This document shows positions 9,936-19,740 of a DNA stretch of 64,000 bases, piece by piece; the stretch's first letter is position 1, and each line of letters starts with the position of its first letter. The DNA comes from an uncultured Gammaproteobacteria bacterium (GTDB lineage: Bacteria > Patescibacteriota > Patescibacteriia > UBA11705 > JABHMO01), in assembly GCA_964565345.1 (NCBI GenBank), contig CAZMEQ010000005.1, forward strand, positions 275 to 64,274, in the 5' to 3' direction. Position numbers and translations under genes: made by a program. Below the pieces are notes generated by a model. The model was not told the DNA's origin. It was given only the letters and a program-made list of their open reading frames with translations, and searched no databases.

Positions 9936-11102
9936 ATGAAAATAGGTGTAATAAGTAATTTATACCCCCCATATCAAAGGGGCGGAGCAGAACGCATTGT
10001 TGGGCTTGGAGTTCAAGCATTAAAAGAAGCTGGCCATGATGTTTTTGTTATCTCCACAAAACCACAGGGGAGCCTAGATATTGCCGAAGAATTAACGCGC
10101 ACTTACCGGTTTAAACCAGTCAACATATTTTATTATCTAGATGACCATAAGCATAATATCCTTGTACGTTTTATTTGGAATATTTTTGATATCTTTAATA
10201 TATTCAGTGCCATCACCGTTGCCAAAATTTTAAGCCAAGAAAAACCGGATTTAATTATCACGCACAACTTAAAGGGGATAGGACTTAACCTGCCACTTGT
10301 AATAACGCATAAGAGAATAAAACACTACCACATTGCGCACGATATTCAACTAGTTAATCCGTCTGGATTATTGTTGTGGGGTAAAGAAGACTCTTTTTTT
10401 GAGACGGGGTGGATGGTCAAGATATATCAAGCACTACTTAGAAAATACTTTTCACATGTCGACAAAGTTTTTTTTCCTTCAATTTGGTTAAAAGAGTATT
10501 ATGAAAAATATTCCTTTTTCTCAAACTCTAATAAAATTATTTTGAGAAATCCTTGTCCAGATACAGACATTCCCCAAAAATCGAAAGAAACACGCCTGAA
10601 AACATTCTTATTTTTAGGCCAGATAGAAAAGCACAAAGGTATCCACTGGCTCTTAGATTTTTGGGTTAAAAACAAAATTCCTGCCAAGCTCTTGGTGGCC
10701 GGTAAAGGCAATTTTGATTTGGCTCCATATAGAGAAAAAGAAAACTTAGAAATTATTGGCTACGTTGACAGGGAACAAATTGTATCAATCTTTAAACGCT
10801 CCGATTTTTTAATTTTCCCATCGTTATGTTACGAAAATTCACCAACAGTACTAATTGAAGCCTTCCAATACGCAACACCAGTAATTGCAGCTAATATTGG
10901 TGGTACAACTGAGCTTGTGGTCCCGGGTATAAATGGTTACGTGTTTGATCCAGTCAATGAAAATCAATTATTACAACACATTAATACAGCCTTAAGCTTG
11001 TCAGACACAGAATACGCAACGATGAGTCAAAACGCTCTGGAAACAGTTAACGATCTAACATCAGAATTTTACATCGAAAATTTACTGGCAGGACTCAGTT
11101 GA
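9936..11102 (+). CDS. glycosyltransferase family 4
   Basis: KIGVISNLYPPYQRGGAER N-terminus and C-terminal IEAFQYATPVIAANIGGTTELV motif. Confidence 0.7.
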   Translation: MKIGVISNLYPPYQRGGAERIVGLGVQALKEAGHDVFVISTKPQGSLDIAEELTRTYRFKPVNIFYYLDDHKHNILVRFIWNIFDIFNIFSAITVAKILSQEKPDLIITHNLKGIGLNLPLVITHKRIKHYHIAHDIQLVNPSGLLLWGKEDSFFETGWMVKIYQALLRKYFSHVDKVFFPSIWLKEYYEKYSFFSNSNKIILRNPCPDTDIPQKSKETRLKTFLFLGQIEKHKGIHWLLDFWVKNKIPAKLLVAGKGNFDLAPYREKENLEIIGYVDREQIVSIFKRSDFLIFPSLCYENSPTVLIEAFQYATPVIAANIGGTTELVVPGINGYVFDPVNENQLLQHINTALSLSDTEYATMSQNALETVNDLTSEFYIENLLAGLS

Positions 11103-11143
11103 TCAATACCTAAAAATGTGTTATTGTTTAAGCTGTATTTTGT

Positions 11144-11217
11144 GGGGGCGTAGTATAGTGGTAGTACAGGGGTCTCCAAAACCTCTAGCGTGGGTTCGAT
11201 TCCTACCGCCCCTGCCA
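11144..11217 (+). tRNA. trnW: tRNA-Trp (anticodon CCA)
   Basis: Manual fold: acceptor GGGGGCG/CGCCCCT, D-arm GTAT-AGTGGTA-GTAC, anticodon stem GGGGT/ACCTC with loop CTCCAAA (CCA), T-arm GTGGG-TTCGATT-CCTAC, discriminator G, encoded CCA. Confidence 0.85.
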
Positions 11218-11240
11218 GTTCCTATCGTGTGATGTAAATG

Positions 11241-11266
11241 AAAAGACTTTTAATGAGTCTTTTTTG
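11241..11266 (+). terminator. rho-independent terminator after tRNA-Trp
   Basis: AAAGACT-ttTAATg-AGTCTTT hairpin followed by TTTTT. Confidence 0.6.
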
Positions 11267-11314
11267 TTTGCACAAGGCCAATCCCTGTGCTAAAATTCGA
11301 GTGAATTTATATCT

Positions 11315-11839
11315 ATGATTAATTTTAAAGAATGCATTCGCGAGATACCAAATTGGCCCAAAGAGGGCGTAAATTTTAAGGATATAACGCCGCTTCTTCA
11401 AAAGGCCGATGTTTTTAAAAGTTTAATTGATGAACTTGTTAAGCCATACGAAACTACGAAAATTGATAAAATCGTTGTAATCGATGCCCGCGGTTTTTTA
11501 TTAGGGACAGCTATGGCGTACAAATTAGGTTGCGGAGTTAGTTTAGTGCGTAAAAAGGGAAAATTACCTTACAAAACAATCGAAGAAAGCTACGAAAAAG
11601 AATATGGGCCAGACACACTGACCATGCATGCAGATGCTGTTACGCTAGGTGAAAAAGTTCTAATTGTCGATGATTTAATGGCCACGGGTGGGACTATGCA
11701 AGCGACCGTTAATATGGTAAAAAAGTTAGGCGGCGAAATTATGGGGATTAGCGTTATAGTTGATTTACCTTTTTTGGGAGGAAGTGAAAAATTCAAAAAA
11801 TATAATTTTAAAGCACTGGTTTCGTATCAATCAGAATAA
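11315..11839 (+). CDS. apt: adenine phosphoribosyltransferase
   Basis: VLIVDDLMATGGT PRPP-binding motif; 174 aa. Confidence 0.85.
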   Translation: MINFKECIREIPNWPKEGVNFKDITPLLQKADVFKSLIDELVKPYETTKIDKIVVIDARGFLLGTAMAYKLGCGVSLVRKKGKLPYKTIEESYEKEYGPDTLTMHADAVTLGEKVLIVDDLMATGGTMQATVNMVKKLGGEIMGISVIVDLPFLGGSEKFKKYNFKALVSYQSE

Positions 11840-11924
11840 ACCTTATGTCATCCTGAACTCGTTTCAGGATCTCGATGATTGATCCTTTGTACCCTGCTTT
11901 TTGAGATTTTGAAATAAATTTAAA

Positions 11925-12674
11925 ATGGCAGTAAATAAATTTATGAAAATAGGCGTAATTGGTGGCTCAGGAATGGACAATCCTCAAATTCTAGAAGACT
12001 ATAAAGAACATCTGTGGGAAACTCCATTTGGAGCACCGTCAGACAAATTGATATCAGGGTCTTTGGTCGGTAGGGAAGTTGTTATTTTGGCTCGGCACGG
12101 CAAGAATCACACCATTATGCCAACCAAGGTTCCTTATAGGGCAAATATCTGGGCGTTGAAAGAAATTGGCTGCACCCACATTTTAGCCACGACCGCTTGC
12201 GGTTCCTTAAAAGATGAATTTAAACCTAGCGATTTCGTATTTTTAGATCAATTTATTGATTTTACTAAACACCGCAATTTAACCTTTTACGATGATAAAG
12301 TTATTCACACACCAATGGCCGAACCTTTCGATTCAAACTTAAGGAAAAGCCTTGTCCGGTCAGCACAACAATTAAATTATTCTTTTCATGAGAAGGGAAC
12401 TGTTATTACCATCGAAGGTCCACGCTTTTCATCTAAAGCTGAAAGCAATCTATTTAGATCCTGGGGAGTAGATGTGATAAACATGTCTACGGTCCCAGAA
12501 GTCATCTTGGCTAATGAACTTGGCATTCCTTACCAGTCAATAGCCATGGTAACAGACTATGATTGCTGGAAAGAAGGTGAGGCAAGTGTTACGATTGATC
12601 TTGTTTTTGAACGAATGAAAAGCAATGCTAATAGAGTTACAAAATTACTTATCGAAACAATAAAAAATTTATGA
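11925..12674 (+). CDS. mtnP: S-methyl-5'-thioadenosine phosphorylase / PNP family
   Basis: KIGVIGGSGMDNP... MTAP-type N-terminus; 249 aa. Confidence 0.8.
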   Translation: MAVNKFMKIGVIGGSGMDNPQILEDYKEHLWETPFGAPSDKLISGSLVGREVVILARHGKNHTIMPTKVPYRANIWALKEIGCTHILATTACGSLKDEFKPSDFVFLDQFIDFTKHRNLTFYDDKVIHTPMAEPFDSNLRKSLVRSAQQLNYSFHEKGTVITIEGPRFSSKAESNLFRSWGVDVINMSTVPEVILANELGIPYQSIAMVTDYDCWKEGEASVTIDLVFERMKSNANRVTKLLIETIKNL

Positions 12675-13966
12675 AAATCTTGATAATTGGTACTGGCTAT
12701 GTCGGGTTGGTGAGTGGAACGTGCTTTGCGAATCTGGGTCATGAAATTGTTTGCGTAGACAATAACCCCGAAAAAATAAATAAACTAAATAACGGACAGG
12801 TCCCTTTTTTTGAACCAGGGCTAGAGGATCTGATTATAAAAAATAAACAAGCAGGAAGGTTACAATTTAAAAACACAATTACCGAAGATTTAAATAATTC
12901 AGATGCCGTGTTTATTGCCGTTGGAACTCCCCCCAAAGAAAATGGTCACGCAAATTTACAATATGTTTTCAATGTCGCCCAAGAAATAGGCCGTAATCTA
13001 AAAAACTATACTGTTATCGTGACCAAGAGTACAGTTCCGATCGGTACTTCAAAAAAGGTAAAGCGCATTATTCAACAAAACTACTCAGGTGAATTTGATG
13101 TGGCTTCCTGCCCAGAATTTTTAAGAGAGGGCTCTGCTATAAATGATTTCTCTAAACCAGATCGCATAGTTTATGGCACAGAAACTGAAAAGGCTAAACT
13201 TATATTACGCCAAGTGCACGAAAAACTTATTTGTCCCAAAATTGAAACTGATATTGCTTCTTCGGAGTTAATTAAGTATGCTTCAAACTCATTTTTAGCC
13301 ACAAAAATATCGTTTATTAACGAAATTGCCAATGTCTGTGAAAGTGTGGGCGCAAATATCGATACAGTCGCCGAAGGCATGGGGCTAGATTCACGTATTG
13401 GCCCCAAATTTTTAAAAGCCGGATTGGGTTATGGTGGAAGCTGCTTTCCCAAAGACGTCCGCGCACTTCAAAGTTTGTCTGGAGAAAATGGCTACCAGTT
13501 CCAGTTATTAAAATCTGTAATCGATGTTAATAACTATCAACGATGGCGCTTTTTCCATAAAATTAAAGCTGAGATAGGTGATTTAAATGGTAAAATTATT
13601 AGCCTTTGGGGCTTAGCATTCAAAGCCCAGACTGATGATATTCGAGAATCAATCGCATTAGATCTAGCTGAAAAGCTCCTGGAGGAAGGTGCCCATATTC
13701 AAGTTTATGACCCCCAGGCAACCGAAAATGCAAAGCTGGTTCTTGGTTATAAACCACAATATTGTCAGTCGGCCCTAGATGCCTGCAAAGCAGCGGATGC
13801 CTTGGTTATTGTGACTGAATGGTCCGAATTCATAGATATAAACCTCGATCAAGTAGCGTTAGTTATGCGTAATAAAAAAATATTTGATGGTCGTAATTTG
13901 CTAAACAAACAAAGTGTTGAAGAAAAAGGCTTTAAATATTTTTCAGTAGGTCGAGAATCAACATAA
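12671..13966 (+). CDS. ugd: UDP-glucose 6-dehydrogenase
   Basis: MKILIIGTGYVGLVSGTCFA NAD-binding N-terminus; GGSCFPKD catalytic Cys motif. Confidence 0.85.
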   Translation: MKILIIGTGYVGLVSGTCFANLGHEIVCVDNNPEKINKLNNGQVPFFEPGLEDLIIKNKQAGRLQFKNTITEDLNNSDAVFIAVGTPPKENGHANLQYVFNVAQEIGRNLKNYTVIVTKSTVPIGTSKKVKRIIQQNYSGEFDVASCPEFLREGSAINDFSKPDRIVYGTETEKAKLILRQVHEKLICPKIETDIASSELIKYASNSFLATKISFINEIANVCESVGANIDTVAEGMGLDSRIGPKFLKAGLGYGGSCFPKDVRALQSLSGENGYQFQLLKSVIDVNNYQRWRFFHKIKAEIGDLNGKIISLWGLAFKAQTDDIRESIALDLAEKLLEEGAHIQVYDPQATENAKLVLGYKPQYCQSALDACKAADALVIVTEWSEFIDINLDQVALVMRNKKIFDGRNLLNKQSVEEKGFKYFSVGREST

Positions 13967-13978
13967 ATCACTAAAAGT

Positions 13979-14134
13979 ATGAATACAAAAAAATGTATAG
14001 TTTGTGAAAAAAATCTAGCTACTGATTTTTTAGAAAAGCATGAAGTTCAATTTTGTTCAGAAGCATGTTTAAAAATTTACGAGGAAAAATTAAAAAAACT
14101 TAGTGAAGTTGTCAATTGGGAAAACTGCTGTTAA
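13979..14134 (+). CDS. small zinc-ribbon protein (TRASH/YHS-like CxxC...CxxxC)
   Basis: 51-aa ATG ORF not in the ORF track: MNTKKCIVCEKNLATDFLEKHEVQFCSEACLKIYEEKLKKLSEVVNWENCC; Cys spacing C-x2-C-x16-C-x3-C. Confidence 0.35.
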   Translation: MNTKKCIVCEKNLATDFLEKHEVQFCSEACLKIYEEKLKKLSEVVNWENCC

Positions 14135-14136
14135 AT

Positions 14137-14574
14137 ATGTTCCGTTTTAAATTATTCCAAAACACCGGCTCAGAATTAGATTTAACTGACTACTTGGGTG
14201 GCAAAAAGCTGATTCTTGTTTTTTTTCGTGGCGCCTGGTGTAATTTTTGTAAAACCCAATTGAAAGAAATACAAGATAATCTTGCTAGAATTAACACGCT
14301 CAACGCCAAGGTTATTGCCTTGTCTGGTGATAATAATTTTAACTCAAGTCTTTTAAAAGAATTTCTAAAATTAGATTTCCCAGTTTTGTCTGACTCTGCG
14401 TTTAGTGTTATCAATTTATTTGACTTAAGCACAACCTACAAAGAAAAAACCGTTTCTAAACCAGCAGTAATAATTTTTGATCCTAATGGCCAAGAACTGT
14501 TTAAACACGTCGGCTTAAACTATGATGATAGACTATCTACTGAAGAACTTTTAACAACATTGAAATCATTATAG
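14137..14574 (+). CDS. peroxiredoxin / AhpC-TSA (redoxin) family protein
   Basis: LILVFFRGAWCNFCKTQLKEI thioredoxin-fold peroxidatic Cys context. ORF-track start 14116 is TTG; the first ATG is 14137 (MFRF...). Confidence 0.65.
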   Translation: MFRFKLFQNTGSELDLTDYLGGKKLILVFFRGAWCNFCKTQLKEIQDNLARINTLNAKVIALSGDNNFNSSLLKEFLKLDFPVLSDSAFSVINLFDLSTTYKEKTVSKPAVIIFDPNGQELFKHVGLNYDDRLSTEELLTTLKSL

Positions 14575-14575
14575 T

Positions 14576-15589
14576 ATGAAGTTAAGTTCGTTCAATTACA
14601 AATTACCATCAAGTTTAATTGCCCAAAAACCGGCCAATCCGCGCGATCACGCACGTCTTTTAATTTACGATAAAAAGACACAAAAAACTGAACATAAACA
14701 TTTTTATGATTTACCTCAATATTTAGGGCCAGATGATGTTTTGGTTTTTAATGACACCAAGGTTAGGCCAGCCCGTCTTATAGGTAAAAAAATTACGGGA
14801 GGGAAGGCCGAAGTTTTACTGCTAGAGCAAGAAGGCAAGTTTTGGGAGGTCCTATTAGGCACTAGAAACCCGCAAATAGGCCTAAAATTGCGTTTTCAAG
14901 GGGGACTCGAAGCAAAACTTATAAATAAATGTCCAGGTAAAAGCTGGCTAATAGAGTTCAATTTAAAGGGGCAAAAATTCAATACAATTTTATCTAAATT
15001 TGGTCAAATGCCACTTCCACCATATATTCACTCGAAAGCGCAGCAAAAAACCCTACAAAAACAATACCAAACAATTTACGCTCAAAAGGTTGGCTCTGCC
15101 GCTGCTCCGACCGCAGGCTTACATTTTACAAAAACACTCTTAAAAAAAATTGCACGGAAAGGTTGCCAGATTGAATATGTAACACTTCATGTCGGTCTTG
15201 GAACTTTTGATCCTGTTAACACTGAAAAAATTGAGGATTATCAAATTCATTCAGAAAAAATAAGCGTGAATTCGAATACAATAAAGCGACTACAAAAGGC
15301 AAAGTCCGTTGGTAAAAGAATAATCGCAGTTGGGACAACCAGCGTTAGAACGTTAGAAACAATATTTTCGAACAAGAAAATTCCTGATACCACTCAAATT
15401 TATATTTATCCTGGCTACAAATTTAAATTTGTTGATGCAATAATTACAAACTTTCACTTACCCAAATCAAGTCTTATAATGCTAATAGCGGCCTTCATCG
15501 GCCGAAAAACAACCCTTCAAATATACAATAAAGCAATAAAATTAAAGTACAAATTTTTTAGTTTTGGGGACGCCTGTTTTTTAAAGTAA
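14576..15589 (+). CDS. queA: S-adenosylmethionine:tRNA ribosyltransferase-isomerase
   Basis: N-terminal FNYKLPSSLIAQKPANPRDHARLL and 337 aa length match QueA. Confidence 0.85.
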   Translation: MKLSSFNYKLPSSLIAQKPANPRDHARLLIYDKKTQKTEHKHFYDLPQYLGPDDVLVFNDTKVRPARLIGKKITGGKAEVLLLEQEGKFWEVLLGTRNPQIGLKLRFQGGLEAKLINKCPGKSWLIEFNLKGQKFNTILSKFGQMPLPPYIHSKAQQKTLQKQYQTIYAQKVGSAAAPTAGLHFTKTLLKKIARKGCQIEYVTLHVGLGTFDPVNTEKIEDYQIHSEKISVNSNTIKRLQKAKSVGKRIIAVGTTSVRTLETIFSNKKIPDTTQIYIYPGYKFKFVDAIITNFHLPKSSLIMLIAAFIGRKTTLQIYNKAIKLKYKFFSFGDACFLK

Positions 15590-15599
15590 AAGTTATTCA

Positions 15600-15630
15600 C
15601 AAACCAACCCTTGACAGGATTGGTTTTTTA
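15600..15630 (+). terminator. queA terminator
   Basis: AAACCAA-N13-TTGGTTT hairpin followed by TTTT. Confidence 0.55.
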
Positions 15631-15672
15631 TTATATGCTTTTGCAGCTTAACATAGCCGGAGAGGGAATTTA

Positions 15673-16011
15673 ATGATCCTGTTTGTCGATGATACTCCAG
15701 ACATCCTGCAATTGTACGGTGCCCTTGCTCATGGGCTTAAACACCGAAAGGAGTCTTGTCCCAAGGAAGCTCTGTCACACCTCCAAAGCAACCCCGCTAG
15801 AGTAATCGTCACAGATTACCAAATGCCTGGAATGAGTGGCAAGCAGTTTATCGCTGCTGCTCGCAACTATTGTCCAAACGCCAGATACATCATGGTCACA
15901 GGGACTCCGCCTGATCACTTTGCCGACAACGAGCGCCCCGATGAGCTCATTACCAAGCCCTTTGATGTACTCGCCCTACGCTCCAAGCTTAAGGCACTAG
16001 TCTCTCACTAG
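15673..16011 (+). CDS. stand-alone CheY-like response-regulator receiver domain
   Basis: 112 aa; VDDTPD acidic pocket, phospho-acceptor Asp in VIVTDYQMPGMSG, conserved MVTGT and TKPF Lys. About 50% GC versus about 33% in flanks. Confidence 0.7.
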   Translation: MILFVDDTPDILQLYGALAHGLKHRKESCPKEALSHLQSNPARVIVTDYQMPGMSGKQFIAAARNYCPNARYIMVTGTPPDHFADNERPDELITKPFDVLALRSKLKALVSH

Positions 16012-16020
16012 CCGACAAGC

Positions 16021-16053
16021 GGCACGTTAGTCCACGACTCACGTGCTTTTTTT
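16021..16053 (+). terminator. rho-independent terminator after receiver gene
   Basis: GCACGT...ACGTGC hairpin followed by TTTTTTT. Confidence 0.6.
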
Positions 16054-16115
16054 ATTTAGTAAAAATGTTATAATAATTTTATCCTCTTATGTTATTTTAG
16101 ATTAAATCCAGTTAT

Positions 16116-17111
16116 ATGGCTCAATTATCACTAATCGAAGAAGTCGTAAAAAATAAAAAAAACTCAAATATGAAAGAAAAACGCATTAAAGATTTACTGG
16201 CCGGAGATCAGGTTGCCAACTTTTTGGCCGTCGTTAAAGAAGTAAAAAAAGGCAAAACGTCACAGAATAAAGACTATATTGATTTAGTCTTAGGCGATAG
16301 TAGTGGCGAAGTTATAGGTAAAATTTGGGAAGACAACATCGGTAATTGCGATAGTTTTGAAGTTGGTCAAATAATTAAACTCGGCGGTAAGGTAAACCTT
16401 TTTAAAGACAAATTGCAAATTATAATTACCTATTTACAAAAAGACGACTTCGCTAATAATGCTGAATTTTTACCAACATCCGAGCAAAACATTGATGCTT
16501 TGTTAACAAACATACTACGACATATAGCAGAAATAAAAAATATACATCTTAAAAAATTAGCTCAGATATTCTTTAAAGATAAAAATTTTTTGGAACGCTT
16601 CAAAAATGCTCCGGCTGCCGAAAAACTCCACCACGCCTACGTTGGCGGCTTTGTAGAACATGTGAGCGAAATGCTTGATTTAGCAGAGTTGCTTTGTCAA
16701 AAATACCCACGTATAAACAACGATTTACTCAAAATAGGCGTTATTTTCCATGATATAGGCAAACTCGAAGAGCTGGCTCTAAGTAGCGCTATTTATCGCA
16801 CTACCGTTGGTGCATTGGTTGGGCATCTTTTACTTGGAGCCATAACCATAGATAAAGCCATAGACTCTATAAAAGACTTTCCAGAAATACTTAGGACAAA
16901 GGTTTTGCATTTAATAGCAAGTCATCACGGGAAAATTGAATATGGGAGCCCTATTTTACCGCAAACAAGAGAAGCAGTCGCACTTTGTCATCTCGATGAT
17001 CTTTCCACTAAGGTCAACGTTGCGGACAAAGTCATAAACGATAACCAGAATCCTGATGCAGATTTTTCGGATCGTGTTTTCGCGCTTGATACCAAGTTAT
17101 ATTTAAAATAA
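16116..17111 (+). CDS. YhaM-like 3'-5' exoribonuclease (OB-fold plus HD domain)
   Basis: N-terminal OB-fold region, then HD motifs FHDIGKLEE and HLIASHHGKIEYGSP. Confidence 0.6.
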   Translation: MAQLSLIEEVVKNKKNSNMKEKRIKDLLAGDQVANFLAVVKEVKKGKTSQNKDYIDLVLGDSSGEVIGKIWEDNIGNCDSFEVGQIIKLGGKVNLFKDKLQIIITYLQKDDFANNAEFLPTSEQNIDALLTNILRHIAEIKNIHLKKLAQIFFKDKNFLERFKNAPAAEKLHHAYVGGFVEHVSEMLDLAELLCQKYPRINNDLLKIGVIFHDIGKLEELALSSAIYRTTVGALVGHLLLGAITIDKAIDSIKDFPEILRTKVLHLIASHHGKIEYGSPILPQTREAVALCHLDDLSTKVNVADKVINDNQNPDADFSDRVFALDTKLYLK

Positions 17112-17113
17112 AT

Positions 17114-18322
17114 ATGTTATCATCAAACGAAAAAATAAACCTGGTCATGTTTAATATGTCTTCCTACTTTGATTGGGAGCATGGAATTATAAATAGAAAC
17201 TTTAATATCTTACAAGCGTTAGCCAGAGAAGAAAAGATTGAAAAAATAGTCGCTGTTGATTTTTTGCCAATAGGTCTCAAAAAAACTGTATCCCATTTTG
17301 TTAAAAATATCCTTTTAGAGAAAAAAAGCTCTGAGATGATTTACGGAGACTTAACTAGCGCCTGTTGGCAAAAAACGGACAAAATTTATATTTATAGCAC
17401 TATTGATTCATTCTTTTCACACAAAACAGTAGCGCGAGAACTAAAAAGGATAGAGAAAATTCTAAACTTAAAAAACATCGTCTTTTGGTCATATAATCCG
17501 CTTTTTACTGATTTCGTCGGCAAACTGAATGAACACTTATTTGTTTTTGATGCCGTCGATAATTGGTCCGAGCATCCAAGCTACACAAAGCTTGTCAAAA
17601 AAAATAAAATTATTGCAAATTATAAATTTATTGCCGAAAAAGCGAGTGTTATTTTTACTGTTTCAGAAAGCATGAAAAGTCTATTCAATGATTTTGGAAG
17701 GACCGGTGATGTTTATTGGGTTCCCAATGGAGTTGATTATGATCACTTTAATAACCCCAATTTAACTGACAAAGCAAATGAATTAGATGCTGTTACTAAA
17801 CCAATAATAGGCTATTTAGGTACAATAGAAGAACGAGTTGACTTTGATTTATTAGCACAAATTGCAATACACAACCCAGATAAAGAGTTAGTTCTTTGTG
17901 GACCAATTTGGCCATCGGTAAAATCCGAAATCGAACAAAAACTTCATCAACATAAAAATGTTCGCTTCTTAGGACGGGTAAACTACGAAATGGCGCCAAG
18001 CTACTTACATAGCTTTGATGTCGCTATTATCCCGCACAAACTAACGCATTTTGTTAATTCTATGAACCCTATGAAACTTTACGACTATTTAGCCTGCGGG
18101 CTACCAATTGTTACCACAAATGGGGCAGGGGTTGATGTTTTTAAGAATCATATATATATCGCTCAAAATACCGAGGGTTTCCTCGCTTCGATAAACAAAG
18201 CCTTGAGTGAAGACGAATCCAAAAAACAATTAGAGCGCCAAATTGCAGTTAAATCTCACACTTGGCAAAAGCGAGCTGATGTAATGACGAAAATTATTTA
18301 CGATAAACTCTTTCACTCATGA
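17114..18322 (+). CDS. glycosyltransferase, group 1 (GT4-like)
   Basis: GYLGTIEERVDFDLL...DVAIIPHK...LYDYLACGLPIVTT, a GT-B C-domain pattern. Confidence 0.6.
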   Translation: MLSSNEKINLVMFNMSSYFDWEHGIINRNFNILQALAREEKIEKIVAVDFLPIGLKKTVSHFVKNILLEKKSSEMIYGDLTSACWQKTDKIYIYSTIDSFFSHKTVARELKRIEKILNLKNIVFWSYNPLFTDFVGKLNEHLFVFDAVDNWSEHPSYTKLVKKNKIIANYKFIAEKASVIFTVSESMKSLFNDFGRTGDVYWVPNGVDYDHFNNPNLTDKANELDAVTKPIIGYLGTIEERVDFDLLAQIAIHNPDKELVLCGPIWPSVKSEIEQKLHQHKNVRFLGRVNYEMAPSYLHSFDVAIIPHKLTHFVNSMNPMKLYDYLACGLPIVTTNGAGVDVFKNHIYIAQNTEGFLASINKALSEDESKKQLERQIAVKSHTWQKRADVMTKIIYDKLFHS

Positions 18323-19284
18323 ATACCGCAATACAACAAGCCTATAATTTTGTAACGAAAATTCAAGAACTCAATTCTAAAGTTCGTGATAATATTGACG
18401 TTTCAATTATTACTGTTAACTGGAATGTTAAAGAAATTATTACTCAAATGATACGTTCGATTCTTGCGCACACACACAACATTATATTTGAAGTAATTAT
18501 TATAGACAACAATTCTACTGATGGTTCAGTCGAATATCTAAAACAAAACTTTCGACAAGAAATAAACAAAAAACAAATCGTATTAGTTGCTAATAATTAC
18601 AACACTGGCTTCGCTAAGGCTAATAATCAGGGACTCCAAATTGCCAAGGGGGATTATGTTTTTTTTATGAATCCAGACATGGAGATAAAAGAAAATGTTA
18701 TTTTAAAACTACGTGACTTTTTTCAATCGAAAAAAGATATTGGTATTGCAACCTGCAGACTACTGTATGCAGATAAGAGCATCCAGCCCAGCGTCAAACT
18801 CCTACCGAACATTTGCAGCCAGATTATAATTTTATTAAAGATGCATCATTTTTTTAATTGGCTACCCTGCATAAAACAATACTTAATGAAAGACTTTGAT
18901 TATTTGTCCGAAAAATCAGTCGAACAAGCCATGGGTGCTTGCATTTTTACACGTACCGATGTCATAAAAAAGCTCGGCGGCTGGAATGAACAATACTGGC
19001 TCTGGTGGGAAGACGTTGAATTGTGTAAAACATTTTTAGACAATGGCTACAAAATCCTCTTTACTCCGCTCACCGAAATCATACACTACGAAGGAAAAAG
19101 TTTTGAACAAACATTCGGACTCAAAAAACAAAAACGCTTTAATCGCGGGCTACTACTTTACTTCAAAAGACATAAACCCAAATATCAATATTATATATTA
19201 TATCTACTGCAGCCACTCAGTTGGGCTTTAACTATAATGACCCAATTATTAAAAATTAAAGCCAGACCGCAATCTCGAGTCTAA
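18319..19284 (+). CDS. glycosyltransferase family 2
   Basis: VSIITVNWN...IIIDNNSTDGS...NPDME GT2 motifs. Confidence 0.7.
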   Translation: MNTAIQQAYNFVTKIQELNSKVRDNIDVSIITVNWNVKEIITQMIRSILAHTHNIIFEVIIIDNNSTDGSVEYLKQNFRQEINKKQIVLVANNYNTGFAKANNQGLQIAKGDYVFFMNPDMEIKENVILKLRDFFQSKKDIGIATCRLLYADKSIQPSVKLLPNICSQIIILLKMHHFFNWLPCIKQYLMKDFDYLSEKSVEQAMGACIFTRTDVIKKLGGWNEQYWLWWEDVELCKTFLDNGYKILFTPLTEIIHYEGKSFEQTFGLKKQKRFNRGLLLYFKRHKPKYQYYILYLLQPLSWALTIMTQLLKIKARPQSRV

Positions 19285-19287
19285 AAT

Positions 19288-19740
19288 ATGTTAATAGTAA
19301 GACGAAACTACAGGATAGCTCCCTATGTAGAACTATCAAAACCAGTCGAAAACATCGACCGACTTATTGATCATATCCAAGATTATATAATCGAAAAATC
19401 AAGACAATCTCTTTATCAAGATGAATTAGTACGTATTTTGCATTTAAGTGGCTTAGCAGAATATCATCATACAGAACTTGCTAACTATTTGAACCGCCAG
19501 CTAAAAAAGAACTTTACCTTCAAAAAAGAGGCAGGCGAATTTTCTTGTTTACCAGTAAAGCACTGGTGGTTAACAATGGGAGATTTAATTGTTGACATAA
19601 CAATAAAACAATTTAAAAATAAACCGCACTTACTACCATCATATTTACAAACAATTGCTGAAGCCGATTGCTATATATCAAATGACCCCCAAAGCATTAT
19701 CTATAAACTTTATAAAAAAAGCGATGGTACCGGATATTAA
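19288..19740 (+). CDS. hypothetical protein
   Basis: 150-aa ORF with no recognisable motif. Confidence 0.35.
   Translation: MLIVRRNYRIAPYVELSKPVENIDRLIDHIQDYIIEKSRQSLYQDELVRILHLSGLAEYHHTELANYLNRQLKKNFTFKKEAGEFSCLPVKHWWLTMGDLIVDITIKQFKNKPHLLPSYLQTIAEADCYISNDPQSIIYKLYKKSDGTGY

Noticed and set aside
11839-11925. Inverted repeat ATCCTGAA-ctcg-TTCAGGAT after apt as a regulatory element
   Set aside because: Probably just the apt transcription terminator (weak, no clean T-run); nothing else distinctive.
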